A DNA stretch of 37,552 nt from Bacteroidota bacterium (GTDB lineage: Bacteria; Bacteroidota; Rhodothermia; Rhodothermales; UBA10348), in the NCBI GenBank assembly GCA_022571135.1, contig JACZYK010000001.1:1-37552 (forward strand), in the 5' to 3' direction. Positions 16,836 through 24,478 of the stretch are shown here, piece after piece. Position 1 is the first letter of the stretch, and every line of letters begins with the position of its first letter. The notes under the pieces were generated by a model. The model was not told the DNA's origin, did not search any database, and saw nothing but the letters and a program-made list of their open reading frames with translations. The position numbers and the translations under genes were made by a program.

Positions 16836-17459
16836 TTACAAACCGATCAGACTTAAAAAATTTCCCAGTGATCTCGGTTCGATCATGATCGTCAGCAGCA
16901 AACCACCCAGCGCTCCCCCCAGGTGCGCCTCGTGTGCGATCCACCCACTACCCCTGCTCGCCTGTTTTTTCATGGCGTATATCGACAGGGCAACGAACCC
17001 GATTGCGAACAGCCATGCAGGAATCGGAAGGAGTCCAAACAATACGATTTGCCTGAACGGATTGAAGAGGCAGAACGCAAATAAAATTCCCGAGATAGCG
17101 CCCGATGCGCCCACAGCCGAGTAGGACTCATCGTTGCGGTGGGCGTAATAAACCGCTCCGTGGGCCGTCAACAGCGAGCCGAAGTAAACCAATATGAATG
17201 CGGCCGAACCCATTCTCAGTTCCAGATACGGTCCGAAGTAAAAAAGCGTGATCAAATTGAAGGCCAGGTGCCCAAGGCCGGCATGAACGAAACCCGCCGT
17301 AATGAACCGATAGTACTCCCTGTCTTTCCTGATCCTCTTGGGTCGAAAAGCCATACGACCCATCAGGGATTCGTCCATGAACATCGAGTAGAGTCCAGTC
17401 AGAATGTTGATGAGAATTATGAACAGGGAGACTGGAGCTTCTGAGAACACGTTGAGCAT
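16836..17459 (-). CDS. Rhomboid family intramembrane serine protease
   Basis: Six or more TM segments, HxxxN region (HAGLGHLAFN), catalytic GASGA(ISG) and a downstream AHLGGALGG histidine motif. Confidence 0.9.
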   Translation of the reverse strand: MLNVFSEAPVSLFIILINILTGLYSMFMDESLMGRMAFRPKRIRKDREYYRFITAGFVHAGLGHLAFNLITLFYFGPYLELRMGSAAFILVYFGSLLTAHGAVYYAHRNDESYSAVGASGAISGILFAFCLFNPFRQIVLFGLLPIPAWLFAIGFVALSIYAMKKQASRGSGWIAHEAHLGGALGGLLLTIMIEPRSLGNFLSLIGL

Positions 17460-17615
17460 ATCGTATGGCCGTGGATTCCACTATTTTAGATTCGTGAAAC
17501 CGGGAGGATGCTTCCCGAACGGCCTCGTGTACGAGTCCGTCTGCCCTAAGTTCAATTCGACGGGCCACGTGCCTGAACGGCCTTGATAAAACCGCCGGTG
17601 GCATCGCGAAATGAG

Positions 17616-18383
17616 CTACAGAGACAACGTTTGAGGTGCACGGTGTAGTTCCTGCCGCCGGTGCAACTCTCTCACACGCCTGTTGAATCGAGCCATTCGC
17701 ATTCGAAGGGATGTCTCCGTGGCACCGACGATCTCGGAGATCTCCCGGTAAGTCATCGATCCACTGAACACGCGATACCTGAACAGCAGTTGTATGATCG
17801 GGTCGGCCTGTTCGAGCGCAACACTCGCAGTGTGAACCCGTCGCCGGTCTTCGTCTGAAAAGCGTTCGAAGCCGAACTCGGGAGTATGTATGACGGCTTC
17901 GGAGGCATGATATTCGATTTGCTCCGGAGCCAGAATAGACTCCCGCTTCAAGGAGCGTCGTTTCCTTTTCAAGAAGCGCTGCAGGTTGTTCTTCAGCATA
18001 CGGCGCGTGTAATGTTCGACGGATCGAACGCGGCGCCATGACTTTTCGAATTCAATGAGGGCCTCGGTCGCTAGATCCTGTGCGTCGTGGTAGGACAGAA
18101 GGGGCTCGACTGCTGTCTTTTCCAGGTAATATCGCCGCCCGCATTCGTGTACCCAGACAAACATTCTCTGTCTGTCAGACTCGTCACCTGCCAGCGAGCG
18201 GTGCAACCAGGCATCCGGACCCGCTGGCTCCTCTTTTTCATCCGGAGCATGACGGCCGTCCCGGAGCACGGTCTCCCGAGCAAAGTGTCCAGCCGAAGCG
18301 CATAACGTCGATGAGTCTGCGGGATGATGAAACGTAGCGAAAGGGCGCTTCCGGCCCGATGTTGATCGTGGAGTTCCGGTCAT
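17616..18383 (-). CDS. Sigma-70 family RNA polymerase sigma factor (ECF-like); start uncertain
   Basis: Region 2-like segment (AGDESDRQRMFVWVHE...DAQDLATEALIEFEKSW) and a region 4 HTH (MTYREISEIVGATETSLRMRMARFNRRV). The N-terminal ~50 aa look non-conserved. Confidence 0.75.
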   Translation of the reverse strand: MTGTPRSTSGRKRPFATFHHPADSSTLCASAGHFARETVLRDGRHAPDEKEEPAGPDAWLHRSLAGDESDRQRMFVWVHECGRRYYLEKTAVEPLLSYHDAQDLATEALIEFEKSWRRVRSVEHYTRRMLKNNLQRFLKRKRRSLKRESILAPEQIEYHASEAVIHTPEFGFERFSDEDRRRVHTASVALEQADPIIQLLFRYRVFSGSMTYREISEIVGATETSLRMRMARFNRRVRELHRRQELHRAPQTLSL

Positions 18384-18477
18384 GTGGTCGAGAGGTCGCG
18401 TATGGTTTTCTCATCGACCCGCCTCGACGACGTTCATAACCGGCGGTAGAAAAATTCTGTCCGCCGTTGCTCATGAA

Positions 18478-18975
18478 ATGATATCCGGTTATTATCAATT
18501 ATCGATCACGGGTAAGGTGTCGCTCTTGAAAATTCTATTTGCCACGGATCTGAAGGAGCCAAGAAATATTACCGATCGAATCCAGGATCTGGCCGACCGG
18601 CTTGAGGCCGAATTGTTCATCCTGCACGTTCACGTTCCTACCCCGTCCTCGTCGTTGGACATGGATCCGAGGAGCGGTTTTGCAGAGATGGCCTATGCGA
18701 TTTATGATCCGGCGGTCGAGAAGAAGATCGTTGAAACAGAACGGAACGAATTTCACCGGTTCGTCGAGGAGCGGTTCGTCCGCCCGGCAATTCTACAGGG
18801 CGATCCGGCCCGTATAATTCTGGATAACGCTTCAGAGCTGGGCGTCGACCTGATCGTGCTGGCAAAACACAGACACAGCGCCATCGAGAGAATGTTACTG
18901 GGAAGCGTAACCAACGTCGTAGCCCGCGAGTCACATCAACCCGTACTGTTGATACCCGTGGCCCAGGACGGCTAA
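18478..18975 (+). CDS. Universal stress protein (UspA family)
   Basis: KILFATDL start region and C-terminal DLIVLAKHRHSAIERMLLGSVTNVVARESHQPVLLIP. The start could be ATG 18478, GTG 18517 or TTG 18526. Confidence 0.8.
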   Translation: MISGYYQLSITGKVSLLKILFATDLKEPRNITDRIQDLADRLEAELFILHVHVPTPSSSLDMDPRSGFAEMAYAIYDPAVEKKIVETERNEFHRFVEERFVRPAILQGDPARIILDNASELGVDLIVLAKHRHSAIERMLLGSVTNVVARESHQPVLLIPVAQDG

Positions 18976-21023
18976 CCAGAAGCCGTGTCGACAACGCTCG
19001 ACGGGTTTTGCCGCTCAAGCCTGTTAAAAGAAGCCGTCCCGGCGTCCAGGAACGCCGCAAATTCGTCAGCGTCCATCATTCCGCTGCGCCTCGCCAGGAC
19101 TGCTTGATCGAAAGGATGAACGATTGCGTAAGTGGGAAGAGCCACCGTGCCGGTGAGCCGGAGTTGGTATCTGTTGAACTCATCACCCCTTTCGAGACCG
19201 TCTGTGTAGAGTCGCAGCAATACGAAATCAGTCTCGAAGCGATCGGCAACCGGTTTCCTGGGAAACACATTGGACTCCATTTCTCTACAGTTCGTACAGG
19301 TGTACCCGGTGAAGTCGATCAGAACCGGCAGGCCGACTTCGGAGGCCTCCGTAAAGGCACCCTCAATGTCGTCAACGTGCCAGGCCTCCTCGTCTGCTAG
19401 CGATACCAGGCCACCCGAGAACTGCATGAGAGACAGGATGCTGACGTCCGTGCCCTGCCTCGGAGGCAGATAGGCATCCAACCGGTTCAGGGGTGCACCG
19501 AGCAGACCGGGCACCATGTAAAGAGCGGAAACGAAGAAAACGATCGACGCCAGAACCCTGCCGGCGCCAACCGATTCGACGGGATCCTCGTGCGGGAGAC
19601 GAAGCTTGCCCAGTAGATAGAATCCGGTGAGGAAGAAAACGACGACGATGAATGCGATGCCGAGCGGTCGCGAAATCAGTCCCCAGCCCCAGATGAGGTC
19701 GGCGTTCGACAGGAATTTGATAGCTGCCGCCAGTTCGACGAATCCCAGAACCACTTTCACGGAATTCATCCAGGATCCAGATCTTGGGAGGGCGTTGAGT
19801 GCGTTCGGGAACAGAGCGAACAGCACGAACGGCAGGGCGAAAGTCGCGCTGTAGACAATCATACCGACAAGCGGGTACAGCCACGTTCCTCCGGCAGCCG
19901 CAGCCAGCAGGCCACCGACGAACGGAGCGGTACAGGAAAAGGAGACCAGCGTAAGCGTAAGCCCCATGAACAGGACGCCGACCCATCCGGACGTCTCTTC
20001 TCCTTTCCGATTGAAAAAGTTGACCAGTCCCGTGGGAAGCCGAAGCTCATACATCCCCAGCAGAGAGAGAGCGAAGCCTACCAGAACGATGGTAATGAAC
20101 AGATTCACCCACGGATTCGCCGCAATACGTTGGGCGCCTGCGGCTCCGAGAAGAACTGCTGCGATGACACCGAGCGCCGTGAACATGACGATGATCGAAC
20201 CCCCGAAAACGGATGCCATGCGTACGGCCTCCGCGCGGTTATTCGAGTGTTTCGTGAAGTAGGAAACGGTCAACGGTACCATCGGAAACACGCACGGTGT
20301 CAAGAGGGAAGCCAGGCCGGCACCAATCGCGAGCAGCAGGAATGACCAGAATCCGCTTTCCCTGAAGGCTTCAAAATCGGTGCTAGCCGAAATCAGACTC
20401 GGACTCGAGGTATCCTGCTTCTGATCGCCGACGAGTCCGGTGAGCATGGCAGTCGTGGCGAAACAGCCTTCGCCAATGCAAGAAGAGTCTATCATCAGAT
20501 CGACGGTGAGCGGCACCGTCGTCGGCCTCAGACACATCCCCCGCTCATCACTGCAGATCTGGAATCGTACGTTCGCTTCCAGCGAGAACGAACCGTCACC
20601 AACCTGCTCTAGGGATTCGATCCCCGAGACGAACCTGGCCTCCTCGTGGAAGAATTTCAGGGTCATATCGAAGTTGACGTCATAATCCGTCTCCGGAGTG
20701 CGCTGCCGCACTGCGCCGAAAGGCCCGAAACCTTCCGGGAGGGACGTCCACTCGATGGTGACGCCGTACGGGCGCACGAGCACCGAATCGAGGGGGGGAA
20801 GCGACGACTCCAGAGCGTAGATTTTCCAATCCCCGGTCAAGCTCGCGTCGAAGACGGCGTAGGCCTGCCCGCCAAGCCCGATCCGACCCGGAAAAACGGA
20901 AGTCTCCCACGTGATCAGATCCTCAATATCGAATAGCTGATCGAACTGAGCGTGGATCGGATTCGCCGGCAGAAAGCCTGCGAGCGCGAGGATAAGAATC
21001 GAGACGAAAGAGGGTTGCCGCAT
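18972..21023 (-). CDS. dsbD: Thiol:disulfide interchange protein DsbD (N-terminal periplasmic domain, TM core, C-terminal thioredoxin)
   Basis: Signal peptide, TM-domain motif (LTPCVFPMVPLTVSYF), a second Cys motif (SFSCTAPF) and a C-terminal thioredoxin fold with CTNC. Confidence 0.9.
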   Translation of the reverse strand: MRQPSFVSILILALAGFLPANPIHAQFDQLFDIEDLITWETSVFPGRIGLGGQAYAVFDASLTGDWKIYALESSLPPLDSVLVRPYGVTIEWTSLPEGFGPFGAVRQRTPETDYDVNFDMTLKFFHEEARFVSGIESLEQVGDGSFSLEANVRFQICSDERGMCLRPTTVPLTVDLMIDSSCIGEGCFATTAMLTGLVGDQKQDTSSPSLISASTDFEAFRESGFWSFLLLAIGAGLASLLTPCVFPMVPLTVSYFTKHSNNRAEAVRMASVFGGSIIVMFTALGVIAAVLLGAAGAQRIAANPWVNLFITIVLVGFALSLLGMYELRLPTGLVNFFNRKGEETSGWVGVLFMGLTLTLVSFSCTAPFVGGLLAAAAGGTWLYPLVGMIVYSATFALPFVLFALFPNALNALPRSGSWMNSVKVVLGFVELAAAIKFLSNADLIWGWGLISRPLGIAFIVVVFFLTGFYLLGKLRLPHEDPVESVGAGRVLASIVFFVSALYMVPGLLGAPLNRLDAYLPPRQGTDVSILSLMQFSGGLVSLADEEAWHVDDIEGAFTEASEVGLPVLIDFTGYTCTNCREMESNVFPRKPVADRFETDFVLLRLYTDGLERGDEFNRYQLRLTGTVALPTYAIVHPFDQAVLARRSGMMDADEFAAFLDAGTASFNRLERQNPSSVVDTASG

Positions 21024-21078
21024 CGTGGCTGACTGGTTGGACTTCGCGATTGGAGGTTCGACGTCACCGGATGGTTAA

Positions 21079-21152
21079 GGCCTGTTAACGCTACCTGAAA
21101 CCGTCCTGCCGATGGCTATTTTTTTGTTCGGCAAGACAGAAGACACGCAGTG
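21079..21152 (+). repeat. Dispersed intergenic repeat, long form (74 nt)
   Basis: Reads GGCCTGTTAACGCTACCTGAAACCGTCCTGCCGATGGCTATTTTTTTGTTCGGCAAGACAGAAGACACGCAGTG. It is 63/74 identical to the reverse complement of 9457-9530. Confidence 0.85.
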
Positions 21153-21269
21153 CAGTCACTGAGAGTCTCGGGTAGCCTGGAAGTTACAATGCCGGCACTC
21201 ATCCGCCTCTCAAGCTTTTTACACGCGGTCGAATAGTGTAAACGCACATGATCGAAAAATCTTCCCCGT

Positions 21270-21304
21270 AAAAAAAAGGTATACACCCGGATCGGACATA
21301 TACC
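21270..21304 (-). terminator. Probable Rho-independent terminator of the rpsF-rpsR-rplI operon
   Basis: On the minus strand, a GGTATA...TATACC stem with an inner CCG/CGG pairing is followed by eight U. The plus strand shows A8 at 21270-21277. Confidence 0.6.
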
Positions 21305-21387
21305 TCGTCAAACATACGCCCCACCTCATGATGAGGCTCAGACCATTCATCAGGACACTGGATTTCCCGCCCAATCAGGAGATGGGT

Positions 21388-21849
21388 TCAAGCGTCCGCG
21401 ATTGCCTCTTCCGGCTCGACCCGGACTTTCACCTGGCAACTCACTTCCGCATGGACCTTTACCGTCGCTGAATAGACACCCAGCAGACGGATATCGTCGT
21501 CCAGATGAATCGCCCTTCGATCGATCTGAATGCCGTGTCCGGCAAGAGCTTCGGAAATGTCCTGGGACGTTACAGATCCGAAAATCCTATTCTCCTCTCC
21601 GACCTTTGCCGTTATGACGACCTCAACCGACTCGATCTCTTTCGCCAGTACTTCGGCGTCCTCTTTCCGCTTGGCATGCTTGCGACCGGCTTGCCTGCGC
21701 TCTTCCTCCCAGGCCTTGACTGCGCTTGGGGTGGCCAGACGCGCCATTCCTTTGGGAATGAGGAAATTCTGACCGTAGCCGTTCTTTACGTTGACGATCT
21801 GGCCTGCCTCGCCCAGGTTATCAACTTCTTTCAGCAAAATGATTTTCAT
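21388..21849 (-). CDS. rplI: 50S ribosomal protein L9
   Basis: MKIILLKEVDNLGEAGQIVNVKNGYGQNFLIPKGMA is the canonical L9 N-terminus. ATG 21849 is preferred over the tracked start at 21894. Confidence 0.95.
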   Translation of the reverse strand: MKIILLKEVDNLGEAGQIVNVKNGYGQNFLIPKGMARLATPSAVKAWEEERRQAGRKHAKRKEDAEVLAKEIESVEVVITAKVGEENRIFGSVTSQDISEALAGHGIQIDRRAIHLDDDIRLLGVYSATVKVHAEVSCQVKVRVEPEEAIADA

Positions 21850-21910
21850 TTTCGTTCTTCCGGTTTGTGGACTTCCGACGGAAGAGCCACACATCGAATA
21901 TTCTGACTAG

Positions 21911-21926
21911 GGCCTGTTAACACTAC
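21911..21926 (+). repeat. Box-only copy of the dispersed repeat (GGCCTGTTAACACTAC), overlapping the rpsR stop codon
   Basis: Matches the GGCCTGTTAACGCTAC box at 15 of 16 positions. The rpsR stop (complement of CTA at 21923-21925) lies inside it. Confidence 0.6.
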
Positions 21927-22129
21927 TTCAGGGCGTCGGCAACAAATGGTAACATTGCGAGGTGCCGGGCACGCTTGACCGCACAAGTCAGCTGGCGCTG
22001 AAAATGCGCCGGCACGTTCGTGATTCGTTTGGGCAGAATTTTTCCCTGTTCGTTCAGATATCTCTTCAGCAGTTCGATATCCTTGTAATCGACGTATTCT
22101 ACCTTGGAGAGGTTCGTCTGTTTGGACAT
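21923..22129 (-). CDS. rpsR: 30S ribosomal protein S18
   Basis: [33 protein letters not shown] is the S18 signature region. Length is 68 aa. Confidence 0.95.
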   Translation of the reverse strand: MSKQTNLSKVEYVDYKDIELLKRYLNEQGKILPKRITNVPAHFQRQLTCAVKRARHLAMLPFVADALK

Positions 22130-22173
22130 GATCTTTTTCCTGCGGCTCTGTGTCTTTCAGATGGTGAGTGGGC

Positions 22174-22563
22174 TCAGGATTCCTTCGGTTCAGACTTTTC
22201 CGCCTCTGCTTCAACCTCGAGAGCCGCACGGACACTTTTCTGTTTCTCGTAGTGTCGCATCATCTTTGCGTCCATTCGAAGCGTCAGGTACCGAAGAATG
22301 TTGTCGTCGATTTCCAAAGACCGCTCCAATCGAGGGATGTTGGCTCCAGACAAACGGAAATACATATTGACGTAATATCCGTTGCGTTTCTTCTGAATCG
22401 GATATGCAAGACGGCGGCTGCCCCACTCATCTACCTCGAAGATTTCACCGCCGGCCTCGGTGACATAAGAACTGACGCGCTTGACGAGATCCTTGATCTG
22501 ATCCTCACTGATCACCGAGTTGACGATATAGGTCATCTCGTATGTATTCTGACTCGCTGTCAT
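22174..22563 (-). CDS. rpsF: 30S ribosomal protein S6
   Basis: YEMTYIVNS...EWGSRRLAYPIQKKRNGYYV is an S6-like core with an acidic C-terminal tail. It is the first gene of the rpsF-rpsR-rplI operon. Confidence 0.95.
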   Translation of the reverse strand: MTASQNTYEMTYIVNSVISEDQIKDLVKRVSSYVTEAGGEIFEVDEWGSRRLAYPIQKKRNGYYVNMYFRLSGANIPRLERSLEIDDNILRYLTLRMDAKMMRHYEKQKSVRAALEVEAEAEKSEPKES

Positions 22564-22773
22564 TGAATCCCCTTGGATTAATTGGACATGCTGCGCCCCC
22601 CGTCTGCGCGAGGAACAGGGACTTTATAGCTAGCTTGGAAAAGTACTTCGTTCTAATGTCTATTTCCGAGTTCGTGCAGATATTCGCGGGAAACACACGG
22701 ACATTCGTCGCCCGATCAGCGTGTTAACGGAGGATGAGACCTGCTCGACGTAACAGAATCTTTTCAGGCCCTG

Positions 22774-23850
22774 TTACAATTTGGCCAGTCGCTCGGCATT
22801 TTCGGCCGTGCGAAGCGCTTTTATGATATCGTCCAGATTCCCGTCGATGACTTTTTCGAGCGAGTAATTTTTGTGCTCTCCCTCGAGACGATGGTCGGTA
22901 ACGCGGCCCTGCGGCCAGTTATACGTTCGGATCTTGGCTGATCGGTCTCCCGTGCTGACCATGGACCTGCGAGCTTCACTCCGCTCAGATTCCCGTTTCT
23001 TGCGTTCCAGGTCATACAGCCTCGATCGGAGCACGCGCAGGGCTTTATCCCGGTTCTTATGCTGGCTCTTCTCGTCCTGGCAGGTCACGACCAATCCGGT
23101 CGGGATATGCGTTATCCGAACGGCTGAATCCGTAGTGTTCACGCTCTGGCCTCCAGGTCCACTCGATCTGTACACATCGAATTTCAAATCGTTAGGACCG
23201 ATATCCAGATCGATTTCCTCCGCCTCCGGAAGTATTGCCACTGAAGCCGCGGACGTGTGGATCCGCCCACTAGACTCGGTAGTAGGAACCCGTTGAACCC
23301 GGTGCACGCCGCTCTCGAACTTCATCGTACCGAAAGCGTCGGCGCCGTGGAGACTGAATACGATTTCCTTGAACCCTCCCTGCGTTCCGGCCGAGTTGCT
23401 GATCAATTCCACTTTCCACCCCTTTCTCTCTGCAAAGCGGGTGTAGAGACGAAAGAGATCGCCGGCAAACAGAGAGGCTTCGTCCCCACCCGTTCCGGCA
23501 CGGATTTCTACGATAGCATCCTTCGTGTCTTCCGGATCCTTCGGAATCAACTGGAGGCGCAGGTCGTCCTCGACCATGTGAAGTTCAGACTCGATCGCTT
23601 CCAGTTCCAGGCGCGCCATCTCGGTCAGTTCCAAATCGGACTCGGATTCGACCAATTCCTTCAGATCGGCGCGCTCGTTGGTCAGTCTCTCGTAATTCTC
23701 GATGGCTTCGACGACAGTTTTGAGAGAGACGTGCTCGCGACCCAACTGGGCCATTTTTCTCGGATCCGTAGCATTTTCGGGAATGGCCATCTCTTGAGTG
23801 ACATCCCTGAAGCGCTCCTTTATTCCTTGAAGTAGATCCGTATTGATCAT
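22774..23850 (-). CDS. prfA: Peptide chain release factor 1
   Basis: GGQ motif (SSGPGGQSVNTT) and an RF1-type PxT tripeptide region (RVQRVPTTESSGRIHTS). MINTDLL at ATG 23850 gives the normal ~358 aa length. Confidence 0.95.
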   Translation of the reverse strand: MINTDLLQGIKERFRDVTQEMAIPENATDPRKMAQLGREHVSLKTVVEAIENYERLTNERADLKELVESESDLELTEMARLELEAIESELHMVEDDLRLQLIPKDPEDTKDAIVEIRAGTGGDEASLFAGDLFRLYTRFAERKGWKVELISNSAGTQGGFKEIVFSLHGADAFGTMKFESGVHRVQRVPTTESSGRIHTSAASVAILPEAEEIDLDIGPNDLKFDVYRSSGPGGQSVNTTDSAVRITHIPTGLVVTCQDEKSQHKNRDKALRVLRSRLYDLERKKRESERSEARRSMVSTGDRSAKIRTYNWPQGRVTDHRLEGEHKNYSLEKVIDGNLDDIIKALRTAENAERLAKL

Positions 23851-24068
23851 CGTTACTCTTGCCGCTTTGCAATCCCGGAATTGATGCGTGTACGCCAGCT
23901 CAACCGGTTGGTTCAGACGAAAATCATCCCACAATGAGTCTCATCCTAGCCTGATTCCCATTCGTAATCGCCTATTCTGGCCGTTTGGGGCCGTGACGAA
24001 CCCGATCCATGAATGGCACGCTTTCTGTGTAAGCATGCGTCATTCATAGATGATCTATTTTCTGAAAT

Positions 24069-24449
24069 ATGCTCGCCTCCCCGTATCACCGAATTACTTC
24101 GTCGAACGCGGTCCGCGGTATCGCACTCTGGTTAGCCGTATGCGGATTCGTTTTTTATATGATCGATGCAATTGCCACGCGCTCCGTAGCATTCGAAGTT
24201 GAGTCCTTCCGAAGCGATAACATGACGGACGAGCAGGTCTTGTCACAGGCTCTCCAGGCCGCCTTCGCAACAGAGCGCAACGCATGGTGGATTCGCAACA
24301 AACGTCCATATCTCGTGTTCGATACGAGGCGCAATTACGACATCAGCCAGAGAACGTATGCCGCCCTCGACCTCGTACTTACGCACGACGCATTCTCAAA
24401 TCCGATCGCTGTCATCGGTCCCAGTGTCGCCGGTATTCGGGTGCCCTGA
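24069..24449 (+). CDS. Hypothetical membrane-anchored protein
   Basis: 126-aa ORF with one N-terminal hydrophobic helix (GIALWLAVCGFVFYMIDAIA). I recognise no family. Confidence 0.4.
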   Translation: MLASPYHRITSSNAVRGIALWLAVCGFVFYMIDAIATRSVAFEVESFRSDNMTDEQVLSQALQAAFATERNAWWIRNKRPYLVFDTRRNYDISQRTYAALDLVLTHDAFSNPIAVIGPSVAGIRVP

Positions 24450-24478
24450 TACTACGCGGTTCGCCTGACCATTAAAAG

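Noticed and set aside
22764-22778. GGCCCTGTTACAATT at the prfA stop as another copy of the dispersed repeat box
   Set aside because: Only about 10 of 15 positions match, and the rest of the module is missing. I cannot distinguish this from chance or a badly decayed copy.
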